Below the pieces are notes generated by a model. The model was not told the origin of the DNA. It saw only the letters and a list, made by a program, of their open reading frames with translations, and did not search any database. A stretch of DNA of 64,000 bases, from the NCBI GenBank assembly GCA_963702845.1, contig OY969763.1, forward strand, positions 448,001 to 512,000, read 5' to 3'. The position numbers and the translations under genes were made by a program. The number at the start of each line of letters is the position of its first letter. Position 1 is the first letter of the stretch. This DNA is from an uncultured Verrucomicrobiae bacterium. GTDB lineage: Bacteria; Verrucomicrobiota; Verrucomicrobiia; Limisphaerales; Palsa-1400. Below are positions 1 to 9,727 of this stretch, piece by piece.

Positions 1-665
1 GCGATGGCGTAAATGCTGTCGGTGTGGCCTTGCAAGGTGTTGACGGTGGCCCAATCAGACGTACGACGGATCGTCACGATGTTGTCGCCGCCCGCCGACG
101 CCAACATGTTGCCGTCCGGCGAAAAGACGACGCATCGTTTTTGATCGGCGCTGGTGAAGGTTTTCAACAATGCGCCGCTGGAACTCCATACTTTAATGGT
201 GGAATCGAAGCTGGCGGTTGCAAACATTGTTCCGGTCGGCGAAAAGGCGCAGCCCACGACCCAATCGGTATGGCCGGCCAACGTTTGCAAGGTGCCCGCC
301 GGCAAGGTCCAAAGCTTGACGCCCTTAAAATTGACGGACACGAGCTTCGTGCCATTGGGACTAATCGCAAGCGACTCGATGGAATTGTCGTGAATCTCCG
401 CCGCGTTCGCATCGAGCGTTTGCTGCAATGTTCCATCGGAGGCGTTCCAAATGTTAATGAGTCGATCGGAACTTCCTGTGATGAATTGCGAACCATCGTG
501 CGAAAAAGCACAGGTATTGATTCGATCGGAGTTCGTTGCACTTTGCCAAATAATGTCTGGAGAAGAGCTTTGCGATAACGCGGTAAATGGACTCAACGCG
601 AAAGCTAACAGACAGCATCCCACCGAGCTTTTGAGTGGGCCAAGTCTACATCCTTTTCTAACCAT
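1..665 (-). CDS. Secreted WD40-repeat protein, 3' end outside window; not in the ORF track
   Basis: Manual translation from ATG 665: MVRKGCRLGPLKSSVGCCLLAFALSPFTALSQ... then WD40 blades (CAFSHDGSQFITGSSDRLINIWN; LAGHTDWVVGCAFSPTGTMFATASFDSTIKVW; VFSPDGNMLASAGGD; LQGHTDSIYAIA). The frame stays open to the window edge. Confidence 0.9.
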   Translation of the reverse strand, partial: MVRKGCRLGPLKSSVGCCLLAFALSPFTALSQSSSPDIIWQSATNSDRINTCAFSHDGSQFITGSSDRLINIWNASDGTLQQTLDANAAEIHDNSIESLAISPNGTKLVSVNFKGVKLWTLPAGTLQTLAGHTDWVVGCAFSPTGTMFATASFDSTIKVWSSSGALLKTFTSADQKRCVVFSPDGNMLASAGGDNIVTIRRTSDWATVNTLQGHTDSIYAI

Positions 666-849
666 ACGACGCCACCCATTACAGCAAAATGCGTGAGCGT
701 CATGTATCCGGTTGAGTGCTGTTTAAAAAATCGGGACTGAAGTAGAAAATGGACGGGGGATTTTACTGAAGCATTAACCACGGAATACACGGATTACTCA
801 GATGCGAAATCTGGTTCGGACCCAAAAAACAGTTCTTCATTGTGATAAA

Positions 850-897
850 AATAAAAAATAAAAAAACAAAAAACCCGGAGCATTGCTGCTCCGGGTT
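850..897 (-). terminator. Intrinsic terminator of the large GH9 gene
   Basis: 11-bp stem AACCCGGAGCA/TGCTCCGGGTT with a 4-nt loop, followed on the minus strand by a long U-tract, about 25 bp after the stop. Confidence 0.9.
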
Positions 898-922
898 GTG
901 TTGTTTGGACTAAACTTTCAGC

Positions 923-2660
923 TTACAGCGACGAACTGACCGTCACGTTGCTGACCGACGCGGTGCCGGACGTCGTATTATTGTGCGACGTCATCGGGAT
1001 ACCGACGTAGATGGTGCTGGCCATGCTGATCGTGTCAGCGCCGACCTGCGTCCAGCTCGTGCCGTTGGACGAAACATACGCGGTGAACGTGTTACCGTTG
1101 CGCGACAGCTTCACCCAATACGGCGCAGCATAGTTACCACCCGCCGTGTTGACCATGTAACCACCGGTGCTTTGACGGCGTTGATAAGCCGTGCCTGCGC
1201 CAGAGCTGACTACCATCATCGCATGCGATGAATTGGCGTTCAACGTTTCACGGAACATGACACCAGCCTTGGCCCACGGATCAGTGTTCTGAACCGAGTT
1301 GACCTTCGCGATGATGCTGCCGTTGCCAGACCACTTCTGATAGACGTAGTGGAACGCGTCAGCGGTGTTCCAGATGTCAGCGCCCGAGCCACTGATGCTG
1401 AACGTGCCGTTGGTCAACGTGCCGCTGCCGGCTTTACCGACGCTGCCGATGTCGCTTTGCGACCACGGAGCAGGCAAGCCACTCACAGTGCGGACGTTGC
1501 TGAACGTCGACTTGTTCAAGGTGCTGCTGCTGGTGTGCGCATTCACCGCGAGACCGACGTAGATCGAGCTCGCCATGCTGATGGTCGTCGAGCTGACTTG
1601 CGTCCAGGCGCTGCCGTCAGTTGAGACGTAGCTGGTGAACACATTGCCAGCGCGAACCAAACGCACCCAATAAGGCGCCTTCACGTTTGCACCAGACACG
1701 TTATAGCTGGTGCCACCGGTCGTGCTGCGGTATTGCATTGCTGCACCTGCGCCCGAGCTGATGAGGGCCAACGCATGGGTCGAGGTGGCGGTCAGGTTCT
1801 CACGGAACATGACACCGGCCTTCGCCCAGGGATCAGTGTTCTGGACACTGTTCACTTGCGCGATGATTTCGCCGTCACCAGTCCACGGCTGATAGACATA
1901 CTGGAAGGCATCGGAGACGCCCCAGATGTCCGTGCCGGAACCATTCACGACGAACGTGCCGTTGCTGAGCGTGCCGCTACCGGCAGTGCTGACAGGACCG
2001 ATGTCCTTGCTCACCCACGGAGCAGCCAAGCTGCCGACAGTGTTCGTAGGCACGGTGTTCGTGCCACCGCTGCTGTTCGTGTCGGTGCCGTTGGTGCTCG
2101 TCAGCGAGCCATTCACGGTGATGCTATCGAGGATTGCATTGTCCAATCCATTGGTCGTCGTATGCGCGGTCGAGCACAAGCCGACGAAGGCGTTGGTGCC
2201 CATGCTCATCGTTTGTGTGCCAACCAGCGTCCAGTTATTACCGTCTGCAGAGACGTAGCTGTTGAACGTGCTGTTCGTGCGCGTCATACGGACCCAGTAA
2301 GGCGCGGTCACATTCGGACCGGCGGTATGGGCGGTGATTCCACCCGCACTGGCGCGGCGTTGGAACGCAGAGCCTGCACCGGCGCTGACGACAGTCATTG
2401 CTTGCGGCGAGCTTGCGCTCAACGTTTCACGGATCATGACACCAGACTTCGCCCATGGATCGGTCGGATCGACTTTCACCACGCGGGCGATGATGTCACC
2501 ATTGCCGTTGAGCGGCTGATAGGCGTATTGGAACGCATCGGCGGTGCCCCAGATGTCGGCGCCACTTCCGCTGACCTGGAAGGTGCCGTTGCTCGAGGTC
2601 GAATTACCGGCGACCTGCACAGTGCCGATGTCTGAATTAGTCCACGGCGTAGGCAACGGA
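923..2660 (-). repeat. Three roughly 185-aa intragenic repeats in the GH9 C-terminus
   Basis: Each copy has PW..DIG.V..AG, GSG.DIW..DAF.Y.YQ, TDPWAK.GVM.RE.L, APYWV...R and YVS..G..WT.V. Confidence 0.9.
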
Positions 2661-5600
2661 CCAGTGATCAGCGTGCTGCCGCTGTTGTTGGTCGAGCCAG
2701 TGCCAGTATCCGTGTTCGTGCTGCCCGAACCGTTGGTGCTGGTCGAGCCAGCCAACGTGAACAGAGCAGTCGTCACAGGACTATTCGTGCCATTCGAGCT
2801 GCTGCAAGCATTGATCGTGCAGGTCTGCGTCACCGTAAACGGCAACGTGTAGGCTGTCGAACTGCTCGTCGGCAATGAACCGTCGGTCGTGTAGACGATC
2901 TGCGCTCCAGGTGTCGCGCTCGCGAGAGTCACGAGGACGGAGTTGTCGAACGTGCCGCCATTAGGCGTGACAGTCGGAGCACCAGCCACAGAGTTCGTTG
3001 GAACGCTGTTCGTCGGAACACTCGAATCGTTCGTGATTGTGATCGAAACAGGCGCGGACGTTGCGATAACGCCGGTGCTGTCTGTCGCACGCGCAGTCAG
3101 GCTATAAGTGCCGAACGGGGCGTTGGTCCAGGTAAACGAATACGGAGCGCTCGTATCGGCGCCCAACAAGGTCGAGCCCTGATAGAACGAGACGTTGGTC
3201 ACGCTCGTGCTGGATGGATTCGCCGTGATGGTCACGTTGCTGCTGCCTGCGTAAACCGCGCCGGTGATCGGCGAAGTAATCGACACAACAGCAGGCGAGT
3301 TGGTGACGGTGCCGGGGCGGACGTTGCGCACCACGACTTCGTCGATCCAACCGTCAATGTTACCGAGCGTCAGCGTCGCTGTGCCGCTGGTGTTCTTGAA
3401 GTTGGCGAAGTCAGCGCTCGCCTTCGTGTAAACAGTCGTGCCGTCCACCTTGTAAGCGTAACCGGTGCTATCGATTGTCATGACGAGGTGATGCCACTTC
3501 TGCGGCGTCATCGCGGTGGTGGCCGCATCAAACGTACTGCCAGAGCGGAACGAAGGGCCGGCATACATGTTTTCATACAGCTCAAGGCTCGCGTTCCAGT
3601 TCTTCTGGAGCGCCACGATTTCCACGTTGGCGCGGCTGTAAGCCTTGTAAGTGTTCACGTAAACCATCGCTTCAACCGTGATCGCAGTCGTGTCCGAAGA
3701 CACCAACTGGTTCGCCGGGATGTTCGCGACAGTGTAATTATTGATGTCGAGCGTGTGTTGCGCGGCACCACTACGGCTGGCGCTGCTCATCCAGCCCACG
3801 TTGCTGTTGTCGAGCGCGACGGTGCCGGTGCTGGCCAACGCCGGCGATTTGCCGGTCGAATCCGAGTAATCGGTATCGAGGTGATACAACGCAGCCATGC
3901 TGCTGTTTGCCGTATAAGGCGTGGACAAATCGCCGTTCGCCGGAGCATTGGTCGCCGTCGTCGCATTGAACGACGCCTGCGCGAACACGCGGCGGCCATC
4001 AGGCAACGCAGCTTCCACTTCCACCCATTGCGGGCCAGGGTTCAGAGCTGCGAAGTTGAACGTCGCTCCCGGAGTCGGCTGCTGGTCGCGGCCTTCCCAC
4101 ACGAGAGTCGCTTTGCTCATGTCGATACCTGGAACGCTCAAGGTAGCGCTCATTGGCTGCAACGCAGCGACGCTCGCCGGAATACCAACAATCGTGCCGG
4201 TCGCCGACTTCCACGCCTGCGTCTTGTAATTGCTACGGCCCATCAAGAACGTAACTGCACCGTAAGCATGACCCGCTTGCGGGTTCACGAATTCGGTCAA
4301 GGTGTTGAACGTATCACCCCAACGATCATACATCGGATAGCGGCCAGTACCGGTGTCGCTCGGGTAATTGAGCGGTCCGAGCGTATTGCCGTAAACGGTC
4401 AAGCCGGTGAAGCCAGTCTGTTCGGCGCCTTGCGGAATACCGGTCGGCGGCAACTGACGGCGATCGAGGTCAGCATATTGGTTGACCGTCTCACGCTGGC
4501 GTTTCGGGCCAACACCGTTCAAGAAACCTTGGTTCAACGGATTACAACCAGCTTCATAGTTCATGTCGCCGATGATGCAATCGATATAGGACTGCTTGTT
4601 GGTGATTTGATACGCCACTGCGCAATCAAAGCCCATGTTCACCGAGAAGAACCAACCAGCGGTGTCATACGGCTTGTTAGCATCCGGGAACGCTTGATTG
4701 TAAGCGTTGTGCGCGGCCCAGTTCACGTTGTCATCGCCGCATTGGACGAGCTGTTGCTCGCACTTGGCGAGGAATGTCGGATCAAGCTGGCTCTGTTGCA
4801 AACGGCCAGTGCGGGCTGCGAACGCATACGTGCGCATGGCGCAACCATAAGCTTCAAACCCGCGCCACCAACCCCACAACACCGTGTTCGGGTCAGCGGG
4901 ATTGTAATGCGCGATCAAGTCGTTCTGATACTGCGCTTCGCCGGTCGCGGCATACAAAGCTGCAGCGGCCCACGCGAGTTCGTCGTTATGACCGAACTGA
5001 TTGCCGTAGTGAGTAATCTTTTGGTAAGAACCATCACGGCCGTACTTGGCGATAGCGTTCTGCAAGAACTGCCAACCCAATTTCGCTTTGGCCAAATAGT
5101 TCGCTGCTTCAGCAGGGAACTGCGCCTTCATCGTCGGCGAGGAACCTGCTTCCGCCAGCGCGCCAACGGCGGCCGCAGTCACAGCAGTGGTCTTCGGGAA
5201 CACGACTTGAGGGTCACCCAAATCAGTGCCGGTCAGAGTTACGGTATCTTCGTACTGACGATTCTTCGGATACACCAGGAAGTAGAACCCACCGTCGGTA
5301 TCTTGCAACTTGGCGAGGAAGTCAGCTTCCCACTTGGCTTCCTGCAACACGTCGGACTTGCCGTCGCCGGATTCAGGAAGGCCCATGTTGTCGAGATCCT
5401 TCACGCCAGGGAACGCGTCCACGGCGAAGGTCAACGAGTGCAACAACTGTGCAATGTTGATCGTATACTTCGAATAGTCGCCGGCGTCATGATGACCGCC
5501 AGAAACATCGATCGGGTTCTTGTTCACGAACGGATACAAGCTCGAGTTCACGTCCTTCAATTGAGGCGTGCCTGCCGCTTGAGAGCTCGCGTAATCGGAG

Positions 5601-6616
5601 CTCATGCTGGCCAACTCCTGGTTGACCGCGCTGTATGTCATGTCCGGAATCGACGCTTTGGCCACATGGCAAGCGTCTTTCACGAAGCGCGTATAAGGAT
5701 AGGTATTCGCACCACCGCAACGCGCGTGGTACAGACCCAATGCGTAGGTGCGTGCGAACAACGACGTAATACCGTCATCGATCAAAAACGCATACGAAGC
5801 GCCGAGACCCGGCACCTGCAAGCGATATTCACCAGGCGTGGTAAACGCCGTGAAATCAGCTTCCAACACCGCTTGGTAAGCCGAGTAGTTGAACCCGACG
5901 TCCTTACGGCTGGTCAACGTGCCGCTGAACACCTTCGCGCCGCTGTTGGCGTCAATGATGTTGTAGGCGGTGCCGGCAGCAACCTGCAATTCGCCGAGGT
6001 TACCGAGGTAATAACCGACCATGCCTTTTTTGGCATTGTTTGGCATATAACCTTCGGCATTGACGTGAATCGCCGGGCTTAAACGCTGCGCGTCGTTGGT
6101 TGCGGTGTAAGTCACCGAAGTGTTCCACAACGAGTTGTCGGGGTTTTTCACCGTGACGGTCGCGCCGTCAGGGATCGAGCCGCTCAAGTTCAGATACAAA
6201 CTGTTCTGAATGCGCAGATCGAATTTATCCTTCGGCGTATACAGCGGACGACGCTTGAAGCCGACCGACGTGACGCTGACGGACGAATTGTTCGCCGTCA
6301 CTGCGAACTTCGATGTCGCCGGCATGCCGGTGACGAAGTTCCAGTTCGTCGGAGTCGTGCTGCCTGATGGCGCACTATTGATGTAAGTGAGTTCCAACAA
6401 TGTTGGAGTGATGACGCGTAGCCCGTAGTCACCCACCGATGGCATTCTCATCGGGTTAATATCGGTGATATTCGTCGGCGTAGCATTCGGGAGGATGACC
6501 GGATTGTTTGCGGCCATGGCTCCGTGCGCAAGGACAAGTGTGGCGCCTGCAACCACTAGGGATGCGGCCTTAAAGGCCTGACGCATTAATTTTCCTGCAA
6601 TTTTTCTCATCTTCAT
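923..6616 (-). CDS. Secreted multidomain glycoside hydrolase family 9: N-terminal Ig-like + GH9 + LamG-like + Ig + FN3-associated/chitobiase-like + three lectin-like (DUF1349-like) repeats
   Basis: Signal peptide; IHVNAEGY (CelD_N-like); VSGGHHDAGDYSKY GH9 motif; C-terminal ...DTFNTLTEF acid region; LamG signature (WHHLV...GWIDEVVV); YTTDGSLPT; three PW..DIG...GSG.DIW..DAF repeats. Confidence 0.9.
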   Translation of the reverse strand: MKMRKIAGKLMRQAFKAASLVVAGATLVLAHGAMAANNPVILPNATPTNITDINPMRMPSVGDYGLRVITPTLLELTYINSAPSGSTTPTNWNFVTGMPATSKFAVTANNSSVSVTSVGFKRRPLYTPKDKFDLRIQNSLYLNLSGSIPDGATVTVKNPDNSLWNTSVTYTATNDAQRLSPAIHVNAEGYMPNNAKKGMVGYYLGNLGELQVAAGTAYNIIDANSGAKVFSGTLTSRKDVGFNYSAYQAVLEADFTAFTTPGEYRLQVPGLGASYAFLIDDGITSLFARTYALGLYHARCGGANTYPYTRFVKDACHVAKASIPDMTYSAVNQELASMSSDYASSQAAGTPQLKDVNSSLYPFVNKNPIDVSGGHHDAGDYSKYTINIAQLLHSLTFAVDAFPGVKDLDNMGLPESGDGKSDVLQEAKWEADFLAKLQDTDGGFYFLVYPKNRQYEDTVTLTGTDLGDPQVVFPKTTAVTAAAVGALAEAGSSPTMKAQFPAEAANYLAKAKLGWQFLQNAIAKYGRDGSYQKITHYGNQFGHNDELAWAAAALYAATGEAQYQNDLIAHYNPADPNTVLWGWWRGFEAYGCAMRTYAFAARTGRLQQSQLDPTFLAKCEQQLVQCGDDNVNWAAHNAYNQAFPDANKPYDTAGWFFSVNMGFDCAVAYQITNKQSYIDCIIGDMNYEAGCNPLNQGFLNGVGPKRQRETVNQYADLDRRQLPPTGIPQGAEQTGFTGLTVYGNTLGPLNYPSDTGTGRYPMYDRWGDTFNTLTEFVNPQAGHAYGAVTFLMGRSNYKTQAWKSATGTIVGIPASVAALQPMSATLSVPGIDMSKATLVWEGRDQQPTPGATFNFAALNPGPQWVEVEAALPDGRRVFAQASFNATTATNAPANGDLSTPYTANSSMAALYHLDTDYSDSTGKSPALASTGTVALDNSNVGWMSSASRSGAAQHTLDINNYTVANIPANQLVSSDTTAITVEAMVYVNTYKAYSRANVEIVALQKNWNASLELYENMYAGPSFRSGSTFDAATTAMTPQKWHHLVMTIDSTGYAYKVDGTTVYTKASADFANFKNTSGTATLTLGNIDGWIDEVVVRNVRPGTVTNSPAVVSITSPITGAVYAGSSNVTITANPSSTSVTNVSFYQGSTLLGADTSAPYSFTWTNAPFGTYSLTARATDSTGVIATSAPVSITITNDSSVPTNSVPTNSVAGAPTVTPNGGTFDNSVLVTLASATPGAQIVYTTDGSLPTSSSTAYTLPFTVTQTCTINACSSSNGTNSPVTTALFTLAGSTSTNGSGSTNTDTGTGSTNNSGSTLITGPLPTPWTNSDIGTVQVAGNSTSSNGTFQVSGSGADIWGTADAFQYAYQPLNGNGDIIARVVKVDPTDPWAKSGVMIRETLSASSPQAMTVVSAGAGSAFQRRASAGGITAHTAGPNVTAPYWVRMTRTNSTFNSYVSADGNNWTLVGTQTMSMGTNAFVGLCSTAHTTTNGLDNAILDSITVNGSLTSTNGTDTNSSGGTNTVPTNTVGSLAAPWVSKDIGPVSTAGSGTLSNGTFVVNGSGTDIWGVSDAFQYVYQPWTGDGEIIAQVNSVQNTDPWAKAGVMFRENLTATSTHALALISSGAGAAMQYRSTTGGTSYNVSGANVKAPYWVRLVRAGNVFTSYVSTDGSAWTQVSSTTISMASSIYVGLAVNAHTSSSTLNKSTFSNVRTVSGLPAPWSQSDIGSVGKAGSGTLTNGTFSISGSGADIWNTADAFHYVYQKWSGNGSIIAKVNSVQNTDPWAKAGVMFRETLNANSSHAMMVVSSGAGTAYQRRQSTGGYMVNTAGGNYAAPYWVKLSRNGNTFTAYVSSNGTSWTQVGADTISMASTIYVGIPMTSHNNTTSGTASVSNVTVSSSL

Positions 6617-6824
6617 ATTGCTGTGCGGTCTCCATCAGGGTGCCTATCCACCTCGATGTTTGCTTTGGCCTGCCTCGAACTATCTCGGGGCTGCGACGCC
6701 AAAGCGGATTACCTCTCCGTGTTATCAGTGCTTTTTTTCGTATGTCGTGCCCGGTAATCGCCCTGACTCGACATCGTGCGCCCCTCCTCAGGGCACAATG
6801 AGTGCGAACACTCGCGGGTCATTG

Positions 6825-6841
6825 AGCAATGGATATGCCAA
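6825..6841 (-). promoter_or_regulatory. Sigma54 -24/-12 promoter of the large GH9 gene
   Basis: Minus strand reads TTGGCATATCCATTGCT, matching YTGGCACGrNNNTTGCW with GG-N10-GC spacing. Confidence 0.75.
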
Positions 6842-7077
6842 CGCGAGAAACGGGCTGAATTAGCAGAAGAAGGTTCGAAATGTGTCCAGCTTTTGGATTC
6901 TGCTGTCTTGTGGGAACAATGTGCGGAGTTTTGCGGAAAAGTTTTCAGACACGAGTGTTCTAAATGGGGACGCGTTAGGGAAGGTGCGTCGCTTGGACGC
7001 ACCGCAAATATCCATCGTCATGCTCGATTGTGAATGTTGAAATTGCCTCCCAACCGCCGCGCATATATAATTCAAAC

Positions 7078-7304
7078 GTGACCGCTGCTCTGCAGAACGA
7101 AGCTCTGGCACTGCCTGATTCCGAAAAGGCGAAGTTGATCAATGTGCTCTGGGAGTCGCTGTCGGATTCGGAAATCAAAAGGCGCGAAGCCGCGTGTGGG
7201 CCGCAGAATCTGAGCGCAGAATTGATGCGGTTAATTCCGGCGCACTAAAGACCCGCAGTGCGGAAGACGTTTTTGCAGATCTGAAGAAGCAATTTCGCAA
7301 GTGA
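7078..7304 (+). pseudogene. Addiction-module antitoxin (unstable antitoxin family), frameshifted
   Basis: MTAALQNEALALPDSEKAKLINVLWESL...REAA, then after an extra TG at about 7195 the frame continues WAAESERRIDAVNSG...EDVFADLKKQFRK*. The stop overlaps the toxin GTG. Confidence 0.75.
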
Positions 7305-7599
7305 AAACTCGTTTCACTTCCGCAGCGGAATCGGAAATCAGGCAAGACGCTGGATACTACGACTCAAAGCAACCCGGACTTGCCGGACTTGGTGCCCAAT
7401 TTATTGAAGCGGTCGGAGCCGCAACTCACCTTATAGAGGCGTTTCCTCTGGCGTGGACGCCAATGTCGCCGAGAACCAGGCGATGTCGAACCCACCGATT
7501 TCCATTTAGTTTGTTCTACGAAGCGCGAGGCATGAAATTCTTATTTTAGCAGTGGTGGATTTGCGATCCGACCCAACCAAATTTGAGCAGTATTTATAG
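7301..7599 (+). pseudogene. RelE/ParE-family toxin, frameshifted
   Basis: F...AESEI...YY...PGL..F...FP..W...RR....RFPFSLFY signature. A 1-nt loss near 7530 puts EILILAVVDLRSDP in another frame. In-frame 9-bp duplication CCGGACTTG at 7374-7391. Confidence 0.75.
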
Positions 7600-7606
7600 C
7601 TTAGGC

Positions 7607-8455
7607 TTACGACTGCGGCGTTGGCGTCGGCACATCATCAGGCAGTTGCGAAACGATCTCATCGCTCAAACCGACCTCCTCAATCAAAATCCGGCACCGC
7701 TCTATATATGATGCGGGCGCACGTTCCACGCCACCATCGCTGCGCAGCTTAACCGCATTGCCAAAACCGACTCCCACAACCTCTCCATTCCGATTCTTCC
7801 GAGCTGAAACCTCAAAATTAAACGGGCTCCATCCTCGCGTCGCTTCGTGCATCGTCTGGAATTCCGCCCATGTCGCGCCAAACCGTTCGAGGCGACACTC
7901 AAACCCGTCCGTCTTGTGCAACGGTCGCCAGGCAATGTGCCAGCGACCTTCTCGTCGACAACACCGCACTCCCCATGACGGGTGATTTACGCCGGTCGTA
8001 TTGTTTTCATCCAAAAGCAGGGGTTCGGCAAAGATCATTGAAGAATCCACCAGATATTTAGACTGTCCGAACTTTACCAACACCGTCCCATGGTTCGGGG
8101 TCGCATGCGGCGCGTGCAACATCGTGGCAATCCCGCGTTCCGCATTGAACCCGAGGCTGCTCAACAAAGCGTGCATGGCCCCGGCCCCGGCCCAGCAGGT
8201 GCCGCCGGTTCCATGTTTAAGAAATCCATCGAAAAAATCCTCTGGCGTATACGATGGAAGCGGTCCTTGATTGTGCGAGCGCACGTGAATCAATTTACGG
8301 ACATTGTCGAACGGCACGTGCACACACCACGCCACATAGAATTCCTGCAAACCGGATAGGGTCAGTTTCGGTTCGCGCGAAAGCCCAAGTCGCGTGAGCA
8401 CTTTTTCGCGGACGTTCGAAGATAAAACTGGTTCGGGGGACGAAGCTGCATTCAT
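7607..8455 (-). CDS. Arylamine N-acetyltransferase family protein
   Basis: VPFDN, GGTCW (Cys), PNHGTV (His) and YLVD (Asp) triad motifs. Start ATG 8455 is inferred. Confidence 0.85.
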   Translation of the reverse strand: MNAASSPEPVLSSNVREKVLTRLGLSREPKLTLSGLQEFYVAWCVHVPFDNVRKLIHVRSHNQGPLPSYTPEDFFDGFLKHGTGGTCWAGAGAMHALLSSLGFNAERGIATMLHAPHATPNHGTVLVKFGQSKYLVDSSMIFAEPLLLDENNTTGVNHPSWGVRCCRREGRWHIAWRPLHKTDGFECRLERFGATWAEFQTMHEATRGWSPFNFEVSARKNRNGEVVGVGFGNAVKLRSDGGVERAPASYIERCRILIEEVGLSDEIVSQLPDDVPTPTPQS

Positions 8456-8593
8456 CAACGTTCCAGAGCATACCGCATTGACTTCGGCAATCAACTCACT
8501 GCACCGCCTTTTACAAAGGCATGGGGAAATCCCCGATGCCAAGCCTATTTACAAAATTTGGGCGGTTTCGATATACTCGTTCCACAGCCGCTT

Positions 8594-9448
8594 ATGCAAA
8601 CGACGCAAACACGTCTCTTTCCGTACGGACGCTGGGATTTTCAACTTCCGGACCTGGCTCGCATTTACCAGGAAAATCAACCGTATCCACATATCTCGTT
8701 GGAAAACTTCCTCGATGCAGAACTTGCCCAACAACTTGTCGCGGAGTTCCCAAAACCGGCTGATATCTCGTGGATCCACTACAAACATTTTAACGAAAAC
8801 AAACTCGGCAAAAGTAATCGCAAAGAATTTCCGACGACGATCGGACGCGTCATTGATGAGTTTAACAGTCCCGAATTCACCGCGTTCGTCTCGAAGGTGA
8901 CAGGCATTCCCGGTTTGATCGCCGATCCGAGCCTGGAAGGCGGCGGCATGCATCAGACCGAGCCCGGCGGCTTTTTGAACATGCACGCGGATTTCACAAT
9001 GCATCATCACCAGAAGAACTGGCGACGGTGCGTGAATCTGATCTTGTATCTGAATCCTGGCTGGGAAAAGAGTTGGGGCGGCGAATTGGAATTGTGGGAT
9101 CGCGAAATGAAACGGTGCGTGACCAAGTGCCCGCCCATCTTCAATCACGCTGTTTTCTTTAACACGACCGAACTGTCATTTCACGGCTATCCTGACCCGA
9201 TCAAATTTCCGGCCGGCACAACACGGCGCAGCCTGGCGCTATATTACTACACCGTCGAGAACGATCCGAAGTACGTCGCCAAATCGACCAACTACAAACC
9301 GCGTCCCGGCGAAAGCAAAGCTCGCGCGGCGATGATCTGGTTAGATAAGCAAGCGGTCCATGGCTATTCGGTGTTGAAGAAGACATTAGGACTCTCAGAC
9401 GATTTTGCCGGCAAGCTGCTTGGAATCTTTTCGCGCAAGAAGAAATAG
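8594..9448 (+). CDS. 2OG-Fe(II) oxygenase
   Basis: GGGMH..GGFLNMHADF (HxD), GGELELW, FHGYP, RRSLALYYY. Confidence 0.9.
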   Translation: MQTTQTRLFPYGRWDFQLPDLARIYQENQPYPHISLENFLDAELAQQLVAEFPKPADISWIHYKHFNENKLGKSNRKEFPTTIGRVIDEFNSPEFTAFVSKVTGIPGLIADPSLEGGGMHQTEPGGFLNMHADFTMHHHQKNWRRCVNLILYLNPGWEKSWGGELELWDREMKRCVTKCPPIFNHAVFFNTTELSFHGYPDPIKFPAGTTRRSLALYYYTVENDPKYVAKSTNYKPRPGESKARAAMIWLDKQAVHGYSVLKKTLGLSDDFAGKLLGIFSRKKK

Positions 9449-9525
9449 CGCGAACGCTTTCTGTCAAGCGCTGTAACCATTAGGGTTGTTGGGAACGTCA
9501 TTAACATGCGGTGGCCATCGATAAT

Positions 9526-9693
9526 ATGAAAACGCTCAATATGTCGGTTCTTCTGCTGATGTTCGCGCTGATACTCCTCAGCGTGACAGGTTGCGCTACA
9601 AATAACGTAGACAGCACAGGCACGATTCCGTGGGATCGTCCTAATGTTCTTGATTCCGGCAGTTTGCCAATGACCGGAGCCTGGAGACACTAA
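9526..9693 (+). CDS. Small lipoprotein (55 aa)
   Basis: MKTLNMSVLLLMFALILLSVTG-C lipobox followed by a short mature peptide. Confidence 0.6.
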   Translation: MKTLNMSVLLLMFALILLSVTGCATNNVDSTGTIPWDRPNVLDSGSLPMTGAWRH

Positions 9694-9727
9694 AACTAGT
9701 TCGGGGTAGGCCGAAGCGTGGCATCAA

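Noticed and set aside
24..578. 184-aa plus-strand ORF
   Set aside because: Opposite the real WD40 gene on the minus strand.
3488..6082. 864-aa plus-strand ORF
   Set aside because: Antisense shadow of the GH9 gene, expected from codon bias; no recognisable motifs. The same applies to most other overlapping track ORFs.
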